Below, one piece after another: positions 23,383 to 35,684 of a DNA stretch of 64,000 bases; position 1 is the stretch's first letter; each line of letters begins with the position of its first letter. Both the position numbers and the translations under genes were made by a program. This DNA comes from Octopus bimaculoides. Taxonomy: Eukaryota. The notes beneath the pieces are model-generated. The model did no database searches. It worked only from the letters and a program-made list of their open reading frames with translations, and was not told where the DNA came from. The stretch lies in the NCBI RefSeq assembly GCF_001194135.2, contig NC_068987.1, positions 60,074,386 to 60,138,385 of the forward strand, read 5' to 3'.

Positions 23383-25069
23383 AGTTGGAGAGTGTTTGTG
23401 GATATTTGTTTGGATATTATAAATCAAAAGGCACGAAATGGTGAAGCAAACCTCATCAGGAATCTAATTATAGTTCACTGCTAATAGTTACTAATTAGGA
23501 TCGTTTAACGATTTTATATGAGAATATATACCAATTCACATTTGAGCTTTTTGCTGTTTGCTACTTTGTGTCTGTTATATGATTTATGACTTTTGAAAAA
23601 CGAATATCTTTATACCGAGGTCTATTTTATATCTACCTTTTAACACCTACCTTTTAAAAAACTTCTGCATATTTGCGTGTATGCGCATGTGTGTGTATGT
23701 ATGTATGTATGTATGTATGTATGTTATGTATATATGTATGTATGTATGTATGTGTGTGCGTGTGTGTATGTGTGTGTGTGTGTATGTGTGTGTCTGTATG
23801 TGTGTATGTGAACGTATGTGTTTTATAATCATGCTCGCGGATTTGGGGCTGAGAAACGATCGATTGGATAAGAAGTCCGCTTGCAATGACGAGCACTCGA
23901 GCTCGTGACTGCTGTCTGTCATTTTGGTATGAGTCCTCTCACGTAGGTTCGAGTGGACCAAACACTTATAAAGAAAGGAAATAAGGTTGAAGGAAACGAG
24001 ATCATAAGCTGAAATTCAACAGTACTGCTTTTTAACACGCTGTGCTATGCTGATATTGCCAGGTGATATCGTTATTTCACAACCGCTGAGAGATCATCAC
24101 CTCGTATACATCTATTTCTACAGAGATGCGTCTGTAACAAAACACTAAACTACCAAATGCCCCAGATCATTTAGTGGTAAATATATAACGCTAGGAATGA
24201 ACAACATTCCGCTAAATGCACATCAGAGTTGACAATGGATCCTTTAATTTTCAGCATCAACTTCTGTAAATTGAAAATCGAATGTAATTTTTTCTTGAAT
24301 CATTAGATGAAAAGCAATTCTTTATTGGTGATCCTCAATCAGCAGCAGAGTTCCAGTACTCTAAGGATAATGATTATATACATGGAACGATATTTTTTCA
24401 CTGATATGATGTCTCATTATCTATATTCATGCTAGGAAAAACATAATTACGGAAAGGAAATACTGTGAAAGAAGAAACACAAGTGTGTGTTGTGAAGGAA
24501 AAGAAATGTATTGCTTTCCGATGACTTTTTGAAATGTGATGATTCACATCTAAAGCTGGAAATAATTTCTACATCGGAATTGAACCTTTCAATGAATTTC
24601 GATATAAGAATTGCTTTGAAGTTCAGGCATATATCATCACAGCTCATAAAAGAATCAAGTAAGTATTTTCTTTTTTCTATTCAATGCTTGTATAAAGCTT
24701 ACTTTACACAAGCGTTGACATAAGGTAAGACATAAAATAATGATTCATAATTCATTCAGTTCACGCAGATAAAAACGAAATACAGCTCGCGGTTTCCAGT
24801 TTCATCAATATGATATATCACCTCGTGTATACATACAATATTTGTAGCATAGTAATTCACTATCAAATGATCAGAGATATACAGTTTAATTACCATCTTA
24901 AAACTTATCCGATTATTTACAATTGGAAGTTGAGATATACTATAGTAAGTATAATAATTGGAATAATACTTCATATATATATCCAATCACATTTCTGTTA
25001 TCTAGAAGAATTGTTGCAAGCAAGTAAGTAATTCTACTCTTCTAGTCAGAATAGAGTCAGAATAAATGC

Positions 25070-25210
25070 CATTATTTCTTCCAGCGTTACGTTCTGTGTT
25101 CAAATCTCACCGTGGTCAACTTATCCTTTCGAGGTCGATAAAATAAAGTAACAGTCAATTAACTGACATCTCTTCTTTTTAAGTTGCTCTTCTGCAAAAC
25201 TTAGGAATCA
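25070..25210 (+). mobile_element. SINE family A fragment
   Basis: ttacgttctgtgttcaaatctcaccgtggtcaac...cctttcgaggtcgataaaataaagta. Confidence 0.6.
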
Positions 25211-25695
25211 TTATTTTAGATGATTGCATGAACCCGGCAATCATAGTCCTTTCGTGCCTTCAACGGAAGGTCACCTGTTTGAAGATGACTTTTGTCTTTT
25301 CTCCCACCAGTGCCGGATTTCCTGCAAAGGGCCAAGAGATTTGTATTCACACTAAAGAGGCCAGCTGTAACTCGCAGACGACTATGGTAATATGTACCAT
25401 ACTTTTGCAAATTGTCTTCGGTTCCAACATAGTCAGTAGCCAACATAAACACCGTCTCGACACTCCCACCCTTTGACCCAACGGCACATACATGATGTGA
25501 GATCGTTGTCACACACTGTCACACATTGTGTCTGACAAATTGAGCCTGAGAATTACGTTATGAGTACATGTGGCTGAGTACTCATATTCAACGAACAACC
25601 GAGATCCACCAGCCCCCACTATCTCCATACTTACACACACATACATGTATGTGCGTATATCTATATATACATACATACATGCATACATACACACA

Positions 25696-25753
<58 letters not shown>

Positions 25754-25761
<8 letters not shown>

Positions 25762-25851
25762 GAAGAGGACAACAAACGTTAAGGGAAGGAAAACGTATAT
25801 GACTTTAGATGTTTGCCTTGCCTTAACGTTTGTTGTCCTCTTTACCAATTA
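25754..25851. repeat. ~100-bp imperfect hairpin next to (CA)n
   Basis: Perfect 20-bp arms gaggacaacaaacgttaagg (25765-25784) / ccttaacgtttgttgtcctc (25821-25840), extendable with mismatches on both sides. Confidence 0.9.
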
Positions 25852-26004
25852 TATATCCTCTCTATCGGAAATCTGCAATGAATTCATAACTACCGTCTCG
25901 ACTATAACCTTGGAGCCCTACTAATCCGTAACAGCACCTTCTTAGCGTACCTAGTCGTTTAGATCACCTTTGAACTAAACCCCCATACTTGGCATATAGA
26001 TAGT

Positions 26005-26048
<44 letters not shown>

Positions 26049-26409
26049 CTATAATTGAATATAATTTGGGTAAAAGCTGGTAGTGCGCTATACAAGGCCA
26101 TCCACAGAAAGACTTCTTGAAACATTTTATGTCTTCGATGGATGACAGTCATTAGGTAATATGTTAATTATATCACCTCACCAATGAACTACGAGCGTAC
26201 CGAGTATCGATATAAAAGAATGTCGTTCATTTCATTTTCTCTCTCTCTCACTCTATCTATCTATCTATCTATCTATCTATATATATANNNNNNNNNNNNN
26301 NNNNNNNNNNNNNNNNNNNNNNNNNNNNNNNNNNNNNNNNNNNNNNNNNNNNNNNNNNGTTATTTGATATTATACTATTGTTAGTAGTTAAAGCAGTTCC
26401 TATTTAATA

Positions 26410-26625
26410 TTGGTTTAAAATTTTCGCACGAGCCCAGCAATTTTGCAGGAATGGTTAAGTCGATTATATCGACCCCAGTGCTCAACTAGTTCTTATTTTA
26501 TCGCCTCCGAAATGGGTGAAAGGCAAAGTCGACCTCGGCGGAATTTTACCTCAGAGCATAAAAACGAATGAAATATCGCTAAGTATTCTGTCCGGTGTGC
26601 TTACGATTCATTCAGCTCGTCGCCA
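26410..26625 (-). mobile_element. SINE family A
   Basis: cgattatatcgaccccagtgctcaactagttcttattttatcg...aaaggcaaagtcgacctcggcggaatt...cagctcgtcgcc. Confidence 0.85.
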
Positions 26626-27054
26626 TATTTTTCCTATTTAATATTGAAAACAGGAAAATGCTAAGGAGACACTATCAACTAAAAACTAAAAGAAAGTTAA
26701 ATCAATAAGTGAATATGCCATTCAAAGCCTTATTATTTTACATGATTTTTACAAAGTAAACATCTCGCTTCTACACTAAAACGAAGACAGGTGTTATCAA
26801 GTCCAAACGAATTATCTTACTTTCAAGTATTTACTCATTGATACAAAGAATATCATAAATATTAACCAAGCAGTAACAATTACCTAGACACAGACTTCTT
26901 CGGCTTATGTTGGTGTTGCACACATAAATAGTAATACACTTAAGGGGAACATATAAACATGAGACAGCTAATTGGTAGTTTTCTCAGACTGTGGGAAAGA
27001 ATGAATACCTTAGAGTTCGACTTTGTCTTCAGTAACTAAAGCACCAGTCTAGAT

Positions 27055-27055
27055 T

Positions 27056-27135
<80 letters not shown>
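27055..27135. repeat. (CT)n microsatellite, followed by a CT/CA-rich tract to ~27420
   Basis: Direct reading. Confidence 0.95.
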
Positions 27136-27137
<2 letters not shown>

Positions 27138-27476
27138 ACTTTCTTCTCTTCTTCTCTTTCTATGTCTTAGTTTTACTTTTCTTAATTCCTCAATTTCAGT
27201 ATTGTCGCATATCTTTTAGAAATTTTGTTTTTCCGTTTTTCCCTTATCTCTTACTCTCTCTCTCTCACTCACTTTCTCCCTCTCTCTCACATACACACAC
27301 ACACACTCATACACTCACACACTATCCCTCTCTCTCTCTCTCTCTTCCCCACACACTCACTAACTAACTCATTCTTTCTCTCTCTCTCTCTCTCGCACAC
27401 ACACACACATGCACACACAAACATACGTTTATTGAAAGATTCCTGGTGTGAAACCGTGTGTAGAAACAGATATTGT

Positions 27477-27755
27477 ATTTCGGGATGGACATTTTTTTCT
27501 TTTTGCCAAATAAACACACACACTATATATTCGTTCTTCGTTCGTCTATTACTATTCTTTATTTTCTCTCATGTCCATTGTCTGGAAATTTTTCGTCACA
27601 GATCTGTGACCTTTTCAGCGACCCTTCTCATCATAGGAGTACAGAATGGACTAAGACTTCCAGACAATGGACATAAGAGAAAATAAGAACAGTAATAAAG
27701 AACGAATATATAAACGGGTGTTTATTTGGCAAAAACAAAGAGACCATCACGGAAA
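27477..27755. repeat. Foldback with ~100-bp imperfect arms (27477-27587 / 27658-27755)
   Basis: tttttgccaaataaacac..tatatattcgttct..attact.ttct..attttctct.atgtccattgtctggaa in both orientations. Confidence 0.9.
27580..27622 (-). ncRNA. Degenerate minimal type I hammerhead motif (family 2)
   Basis: Minus strand GTCG-CTGAAAA-G-GTCACAGATCTGTGAC-GAAA-AATTT-C-CAGAC: perfect palindromic stem II, palindromic AAATTT stem III, UUC triplet; core has G8>A and stem I (GTC[T]G/CAGAC) lacks one base. Confidence 0.55.
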
Positions 27756-27759
27756 GCTT

Positions 27760-27895
27760 GCTCCCAACCACATGGTTCCAAGTTCAGTCCCACTGCATAG
27801 CACTTTGGGAAAGCGTCTTCTACTGTAGCCTCGGGCCGACCAAAACCTTGTGAGTGGATTTGTTAGTTGGAAACTGAAAGAAGCCCGTTGCATAT
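27760..27895 (+). mobile_element. SINE head module B, 5'-truncated, running into (TA)(TG)n and a gap
   Basis: gcttgctcccaaccacatggttccaagttcagtcccactgc...ggaaactgaaagaagcccg. Confidence 0.85.
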
Positions 27896-27912
27896 ATATA
27901 TATATATATGTG

Positions 27913-27954
<42 letters not shown>

Positions 27955-28302
27955 NNNNNNNNNNNNNNNNNNNNNNNNNNNNNNNNNNNNNNNNNNNNNN
28001 NNNNNNNNNNNNNNNNNNNNNNNNNNNNNNNNNNNNNNNNNNNNNNNNNNNNNNNNNNNNNNNNNNNNNNNNNNNNNNNNNNNNNNNNNNNNNNNNNNNN
28101 NNNNNNNNNNNNNNNNNNNNNNNNNNNNNNNNNNNNNNNNNNNNNNNNNNNNNNNNNNNNNNNNNNNNNNNNNNNNNNNNNNNNNNNNNNNNNNNNNNNN
28201 NNNNNNNNNNNNNNNNNNNNNNNNNNNNNNNNNNNNNNNNNNNNNNNNNNNNNNNNNNNNNNNNNNNNNNNNNNNNNNNNNNNNNNNNNNNNNNNNNNNN
28301 NN
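27955..28302. other. Assembly gap (example). Others at ~4230, 8669, 23341, 26288, 29332, 31896, 35098, 40269, 43615, 55043, 56363
   Basis: N runs, almost all flanked by di/tetranucleotide repeats; typical of a short-read draft assembly. Confidence 0.95.
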
Positions 28303-28361
<59 letters not shown>

Positions 28362-28364
<3 letters not shown>

Positions 28365-29165
28365 AAGTTGCATTCCAGAGGATTATAGATTTTTTTCAGG
28401 AGAGGCATTTATTAATTGCAAAGGTAGGACTTTCTGAATTCAACATACTTCCATGTGAAGGCCACATGGAAGTCCTTCAAAGTAAAGGTGGCCAGGACCT
28501 TTGACATGGCCTCCTTCATCTCCTTCAGCTTGGAAAATAACCGAAAAATAAATAGGGAGCAAGGTCTGTATTACAGAGAGGGTGAGGGACAGTTTTGATG
28601 CCCATCTCTGGTTTCTAGGGTGGAATTGTGAACTGGTCCATTGTTCTGGTTCATGTAGTCTGGCTTTTTGTGACGAAATTTCTTTTTGAACTCCGTCAAA
28701 ACCTCCACAAAGTACTCTTTGATGATCGTCTGATTGGAGGGAACCCAGTAGATGCAGATGATGCCCTTGCTGCCGAAAAAGGAAACCCTCATCAGCTTCC
28801 TCGTGGACTTGTTTTGCCTGGCATCTCGAGCCAGTGACAAACGAGCTGACTCATAGAAATTAATCCATAAGTAATCAGAAGCATTTCATAAATTTGTGTA
28901 GCATTTTTGTCCAGTTTAACACAAAGCTTTATTGCAAATTGTCTTCACGTACCGACAGCATTCTACAAACTAGTCAGTTATGAAATACAATGTTTAGCAC
29001 GGTGTGTTCACAATGCTGTTACAGCCGTATCATGCAATTGGGAATAAAACAAAGTTGGCAGGTCAGCTTATTATATGTATGGTAACGTTATACTAAAATT
29101 ATTATAATTAAGACAGTTGTAAGTGCCTCTTCTCCTCATTCAAAACTTCTGGAATGTACCTTGCA
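28362..29165 (-). mobile_element. Internally deleted mariner (DD34D) with both TIRs
   Basis: Minus translation AIKLCVKLDKNATQIYEMLLITYG joined to ARQNKSTRKLMRVSFFGSKGIICIYWVPSNQTIIKEYFVEVL; TIRs tgcaagttgcattccagag (28362) and cttctggaatgtaccttgca (29146-29165, followed by TA). Confidence 0.85.
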
Positions 29166-29283
29166 TATTTATCTATATGTGTGTTACTGTATACATATAT
29201 GTGTTTATGTATGTACATACGTATGTGTATATATGCATACATATATATATATATGTGTGTGTATGTGTGTATTATGTGTGTGC

Positions 29284-29328
<45 letters not shown>

Positions 29329-29699
29329 TATNNNNNNNNNNNNNNNNNNNNNNNNNNNNNNNNNNNNNNNNNNNNNNNNNNNNNNNNNNNNNNNNNNNNN
29401 TATATATAGTAACAGAGATCCCCAGTGCTACCAGAATATCACATCAATGTAACTTTAAACGATTTCGCTATTATTTCTATCAAGATAAGATACCATGTTG
29501 AGGCTCCCACAGTGGCCCATACATATACATGAGATGCTTTTCTGTGTAGTAATCACGTATAATGCAGAAAATATGGGAACTGGCATTCTTATGACGTTAC
29601 CTTTTTTCAATTTGCTTTGGCACTGATTATATTCGCGGATTCATCTCAGATATTAATGAGAACAATATTTCCACGTCTTTGCCGTTAATGACTCCGATT

Positions 29700-29910
29700 A
29701 ATAATTATCATCAACGTGTCGGATAAAATGCTTCGTAGGATTTCTTCTGGTTCTTTACATTTTGAGATCAAATATCGTCGAGGACAACTTTGCCTTTCAT
29801 TTTTTTGGGATCGCCGAAACAATTACCAGTTGAGCACTGGGGTCTATGTAATCGACTAGTCCCTTTTCCACAAAATTTCAGACCTTGTGCTTTCAGAAGA
29901 AATAAGAATT
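29700..29910 (+). mobile_element. SINE family A
   Basis: gtcggataaaatgcttcgtagg...gaggacaactttgcctttc...ttgagcactggggtctatgtaatcgactagtccc. Confidence 0.75.
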
Positions 29911-30898
29911 ATTATTATTGTTAATGGCAATGTTTGGCAGAATCTGTAAAGCGCCCAAAACGAAATGCTTCCTTCATTTTGTTACTTTCACTCGTCGATA
30001 CTTTAGGAATTAAGACCATCTCAAAGTTGAATTGCTTTTTTATTCTTCTGGAAGTGAAAACATAAGTTCTACTACAGAAGCTCTAATATTTAATGTTGAG
30101 ATCCTTGTCATCAAGGAACATATTTAGAGTAATATCATTGTCAGATAAAACCACACTTAGCGTGGTTTGATAATCCAGGACTCGATTTAATCTACACATA
30201 CACTCCTTTATGCCAGTATGAGAAAATCTCATTGGAATCATCATATTTGATGTGTATCTAGGTTTTTTACGTTTAAGGTTAAATATCATTCAATCCGTTT
30301 CGCACGTCCACCGTCTACTTTAATCCAATTATATACACCTGCATGTAACAAAACTAAAACACTGAGCCAGTATAAAAATATATATAAAAAAATCATCGTT
30401 ATTATTGATTTGTTCGTGTTGTCATGGTTATTGGAGTTATTCTTATTTGTTAACATCTTTCCTTACAACTTAATTTGTATCGCTTGCTGTTTGGTAATAT
30501 CGAATGTTTACAGACAATTGAAATTATTGGAAAGTTCATATCAAATGAAAGAGATATCAGCAGAGAAAGTAAGTCAGTAATATAATAATAAAAAATAGTA
30601 TTTCAATCGATAAAAATGTCTAAAAACAGACGCTGTTTTATCTTTACTGACTACAAATATAGCCATATCATTCATTTGAAGTGTATTAGGTGTGACACGT
30701 AGAGCAATCAATTCCTAATTCCTAATCAGTCATTAAGGGAAAATGTCTGTGTCTCAGTCAAAACTATGTATTGTACATACATCGATACTCCCTCTAAGTA
30801 GATCTCAAGCCCACACTTTCCTCTGACAGTTTATTATTTTTTAAAGTTATGATAATACTGTGTAGAGTGCTGCATGTACTCTAGTTACACAAAACAGC

Positions 30899-30968
30899 AA
30901 GATCCTTTGGTTTCTTAAAGCAAATATTGCCATGGATCCTTTGGTTTCTTAAAGATATTGCCATGGAT
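30899..30968. repeat. Short tandem duplication
   Basis: gatcctttggtttcttaaag(caa)atattgccatggat twice. Confidence 0.85.
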
Positions 30969-31833
30969 ACGGTATATCACAGATTATGAATTATTAGATT
31001 CGAAATCCTAGTAACTCAGTAAACTACAATAACTATTTCTCTAATGTACTTCAAATAAATGTACGTAGATTATATTATTTAAATATCTTCCTCTTGTTTG
31101 TCAATATATCTATATTGAACAGTTTAGTTTTCTGCTCGAAAGATTAAGAACCAATCTTAGTAACGTGTCAAACAATATATGAACTAATTATGTATTCTCT
31201 TATATATTTAATGAACTTACCAGTTTCACTTCGTAGTGTAGTCTGCAATCAATAGACTATTACACTGAGAAAACATTGACTATCGAACTATGAAAGTAGT
31301 TTTAATACACTGCAAATAATTAGAAATGGAAAGTGGTTGAACTGATCGGCTCTTAGATAACAACGAAATAGTAGACTGTTTTATTCCATCCTAGGTTCTG
31401 CCGTCGTGAGATTTGATAATCGTAGAGGAACGAAAGCAAATAATGTTATCTCACACTAGTAAAAATCCAATGGAAGGAACATGGTCATTAACCATCTTCT
31501 ATCGCCTCAATTTTTGCTTTTACCATACGCGATGGTTGTCGTGGTACATATCCCATTCTCTCAGCCGTCACAGTAGCACTGACTATCATCAAGCACAAGC
31601 GGCTAGAGTTTTAGGAAGTCGTCCATAGTTCATCATCTTCTTGTGAGTTGATTCCTATATGATGATCTCAATGGCGAGCAACTCAATGTCATCGTCCTAA
31701 ATTCTTTTGGAAAAGAATGAAAAAATATATCACACAACAGCAAAAAAAGTTAAATTTACTTTTACCGGGGAAATAAACACATAAAAATACATAAACACAC
31801 GAAGGGTTTTATATATGTATATGTGGGTGCGTC

Positions 31834-31895
<62 letters not shown>

Positions 31896-32376
31896 NNNNN
31901 NNNNNNNNNNNNNNNNNNNNNNNNNNNNNNNNNNNNNNNNNNNNNNNNNNNNNNNNNNNNNNNNNNNNNNNNNNNNNNNNNNNNNNNNNNNNNNNNNNNN
32001 NNNNNNNNNNNNNNNNNNNNNNNNNNNNNNNNNNNNNNNNNNNNNNNNNNNNNNNNNNNNNNNNNNNNNNNNNNNNNNNNNNNNNNNNNNNNNNNNNNNN
32101 NNNNNNNNNNNNNNNNNNNNNNNNNNNNNNNNNNNNNNNNNNNNNNNNNNNNNNNNNNNNNNNNNNNNNNNNNNNNNNNNNNNNNNNNNNNNNNNNNNNN
32201 NNNNNNNNNNNNNNNNNNNNNNNNNNNNNNNNNNNNNNNNNNNNNNNNNNNNNNNNNNNNNNNNNNNNNNNNNNNNNNNNNNNNNNNNNNNNNNNNNNNN
32301 NNNNNNNNNNNNNNNNNNNNNNNNNNNNNNNNNNNATATGGAAAAAAAGGTGTGTATTTTCACACAGGAAAAAATA

Positions 32377-32745
32377 TAGGAGAATTTGTTTTTGAAAATG
32401 CACCTGAGTTTGAAAAAAAACTTGTAATTGATTTTAAATAAATTTATTTACGTACATACCTGACGAGTTTCAACAATATTTTGTTTATCAATGGTATAAC
32501 CGCACATTAAACAATGAGATATTAACAATTATAATCGCAATGTAGAAAACATTGAATTTTGTGAACGTTTAATCATTGAAGCAAGTTTTCTACTTCGCAA
32601 TTGTTAAAATCCCATTCTTTTATATACGTTTATACTATTGATAAAGAATTTTTGAAACTAGTTTGTCATCTATGTAAATAAATTTATTTAAAATTAATTA
32701 TAAGTTTTTCAAATTCAGGCGTATTTTCAAAATCAAATTCTCCTA
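32377..32745. mobile_element. ~370-bp foldback MITE-like element
   Basis: taggagaatttgtttttgaaaatgcacctgagtttgaaaaa.. versus the reverse complement of tttttcaaattcaggcgtattttcaaaatcaaattctccta; arm similarity continues inward to ~32560. Confidence 0.8.
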
Positions 32746-32768
32746 CATACACACACACACACACACAC

Positions 32769-32839
<71 letters not shown>

Positions 32840-32929
32840 GATATATGTGTGTATAAGATAAATACATAATACATACATATATATGTATGTATAGCACCTG
32901 TAACAAAACACTTGTCACTAAAGAATATT

Positions 32930-34405
32930 ACAGCCTAATAAAGAAAATTTGGATCTTAGAACTCTTTGCGTTCAATAAAACTGTAGCCCAGAATGTGTTT
33001 GCAGTGCCAGCACTGCTTGACTGGACGCTTGATGAGATCTGAGCCACTGATGTAAAAACAAAAAAAATACTAACAAGCACACAATTTCCACATACAGTGA
33101 TGTAGACTGCCACTACCTAAAACGAAACCAAGGCAGCAGAGGTTTAACATCGATCCAAAATGCCTTTGAATTTCATGTCATATCCCTTCGGCAACATCTG
33201 TTAACCACCAAGTGTCGAAGTGCATCCCTTGACCAATTTTGCATACATAAGTCTGATAACATAAGACTTGGAAGACAGTTCCTTGAGTAACATTCTTTTT
33301 GTCTGATAACTCCAAAAATGTCACCCGACTCATCAGGTGAAAGGATGAGCAACGTATCATCAGGTAAAAAGATGAGCCTATATGAGCAGAAGACTATGCA
33401 TGGATATGTTAGTAGAAAGCTCCGCGATGATAGTAACATGGATCATCAAAGCAGTTTATCATGGATCAATAGCTGGATTACTACCTCCCACTTTGAAGGG
33501 TATATGTTTGCAATCCAGGAACAGGAAATATAAACCAAGAACTTGAAGCACAAAAGGGATAGAGATGCAAGAATAGCCATTAAATGTGACAATCTATGCA
33601 GACTTTGTTGAGTTAACACGAAAGATATCACCCACAACATAAGCAGTTGTCCTGAAACGCTATCACTTTATTATCTACCGATTAATCATAAGTTGTAGCT
33701 AGGACAATCCGTCGGAAGGATGACACCGAGGACAAAGAAATAAGAACCCACAGTATGGAGGAAGCAATAGCAACTCATAATAAAAAGGAGTACTGGCGGA
33801 ATGTCCTAGTGAAGACCTCAATAAAATGTAAGCACAACAGACCTGATATAATGATTTGGGATAGAGAAGAGACACTGTGTACAATTGTGGAAATTAGCTG
33901 TTCAGCAGATGTTAACGTAAAGCTGAAGATCAATAAAAAAGAGAACATCTAGGCTGAACTATTGAGAAATCTGCAGTTAGTCTGTCCAGACTACAAGTTT
34001 AGGTTTATACTTGTAATTATTGGGGCCCTGATATGTAACACACAATCTAAATACCAATCTGGAGAAATTAGGCTTCTCAAAACCAGAAAGGAGAAAGCTA
34101 ACTCGAAGACTACGGATCCAATCCATCACTCGAACTGAAAAAACTGTAAAACTTTCCAGAAGTTTATCATTTAAATATATATGAGCATGTTTAGATATGC
34201 AACTATATGCATGAGAATACATACATAAAGCAAAGCATACAAACCTGCACATACACATACATACATACATACATACATACATACATACATACATACAAAC
34301 AAAAACACCTTGTTAATGGTGAAAATCAAGAAAAGAGCCTTAGATCTAAGTTAGAAACTGGCTCCTCTATTAACAAGAAATCTTGAAATAAAACTGGACA
34401 ATGAC
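32930..34405 (+). mobile_element. R4/Dong-clade RLE LINE, 5'-truncated (RT C-terminus, CCHC finger, RLE, 3' UTR with (ATAC)n)
   Basis: NKTVAQNVFAVP..DWTLDEI..DVKTKKILT..SDVD.HYLKR.QG.RGL; KTMHGY..FEGYMFAIQEQEI; CRLC..HNISSC; KHNRPDIMIWDREETLCTIVEISC (PD..D/ExK nuclease); multiple stops. Confidence 0.9.
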
Positions 34406-34609
34406 ACAGACACACACATATATTTAAGGTATATTCCATTAGGAATGTAGTAGAGTACGGTATAGAGCGCGTTTACCCTTAAAATTACCGAATTGCTGGT
34501 AGTATTACGATATACTTCTAAGTCTAGATTTGGGCATTCGTCGTGTGTGAAAATAAAATTGAATATAATAGAGTCAACCAGAAGCATTACGGTTGGACAG
34601 TTATTTTTT

Positions 34610-34717
34610 AATCCCTACAAATGTTTCGATACAACATAGTTCCTTATATATGCAGGCATTTGAGTATGGAACCGTTTCCTTGTATAATGGGATCCAATTG
34701 TATGTCTTCAGGTGCTC
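34610..34717 (-). ncRNA. Degenerate type I hammerhead motif (family 3)
   Basis: Minus strand GAGCAC-CTGAAGA-C-ATACAA...TTGTAT-C-GAAA-CATTTG-T-A-GGGATT: intact core, 6-bp stem II, ACA-TT-TGT stem III, GUA triplet; 10.1/11.1 pair is C-C and stem I is partly eroded. Confidence 0.5.
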
Positions 34718-34719
34718 TT

Positions 34720-35269
34720 TATTATTAATAAGTAGACTGCGCTTGTCCTGTTAGGTCACCAATAAGTTCAACGTACCGGAAAAGCCCCATATCTCGGGAA
34801 TCCGTGCTCCGATTTACGCAAAACAATTTTCTATTCGGTTTGTATTCACATTTCAGTGATTCCTTACTTTCAGAGTATTTTCCCATTATGTGCCGGTTTG
34901 GCTATTTATAAAGGTACTCGAAAAAAAACCGCGTATCTCGGGAACCTGTGCTCCGATTCACGCAAAACTTGTTTTATACCGTTTGTATTCAAGTTTCAAT
35001 GGTACTTTCAAAGTATTTCCCTATTATGCACCAGTTTGGCTGTATCAAATTACAGAAAAGCGTGCATGCAAGTAAGCACGCAAACAAAACTATCCANNNN
35101 NNNNNNATATCGGGAAGCGGCGGTCCGATTTACGCGAAATTTGTTTTACTCTGTTAGCATTCACATTTCAGGGGTACCTTACTTTCAGAGTATTTTCCCA
35201 TTATACACCGTTTTAGCTGTATTAAATTAGAGACAAGCACGCAAGCAGGCAATCACAGACTTTTATATA

Positions 35270-35272
<3 letters not shown>
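34720..35272 (+). mobile_element. Element with ~3 degenerate 145-170-bp internal units, Helitron/Helentron non-autonomous (HINE/DINE-like) architecture
   Basis: Units atatctcgggaa..gtgctccgatt.acgcaaaac..gtttgtattca..tactttcagagtattttcccattat start at ~34790, ~34935 and ~35108; ends in gcaa-type repeats plus cagacttttatatagat. Confidence 0.5.
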
Positions 35273-35319
<47 letters not shown>

Positions 35320-35684
35320 AAGCAAGTAGGAATGGAAATGTAATTTTGTACCTAATTAAATCCTTGTCATTTAATTTCTTGCTATTACGATAAAGTTAAA
35401 TATGATAATTAATAGTTCAATAACTTACCTGTAAGTAATTGGGAAATAATAGCAGGAAAGCCAACTCAGTAAACAGATGCATGATAGTTAAGCATATTAA
35501 TATAATGATAAAGGAAAATGATTTATTGTATTCACATAAGTATAATCTTTCTGTCTCATTCTCTGTCTTACTCTCTTTCTTTACATATCTCTTTCTCTCA
35601 GTTCACACGCACGCGCACATACACGTGCGCATACAGAACTTATCTTTCCCTCTGCATGTTTCTTTGCCTCATTCTTCGTTTTCT

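Noticed and set aside
24318-24658. Protein-like frame EKQFFIGDPQ...GNNFYIGIEPF ending at an AA/gtaagt donor
   Set aside because: Five stops across ~113 codons and no recognisable family; compatible with chance
25216-25620. GC-richer stretch with overlapping 80-100-aa ORFs
   Set aside because: No motif recognised in any frame and no convincing splice pair; possibly an old repeat
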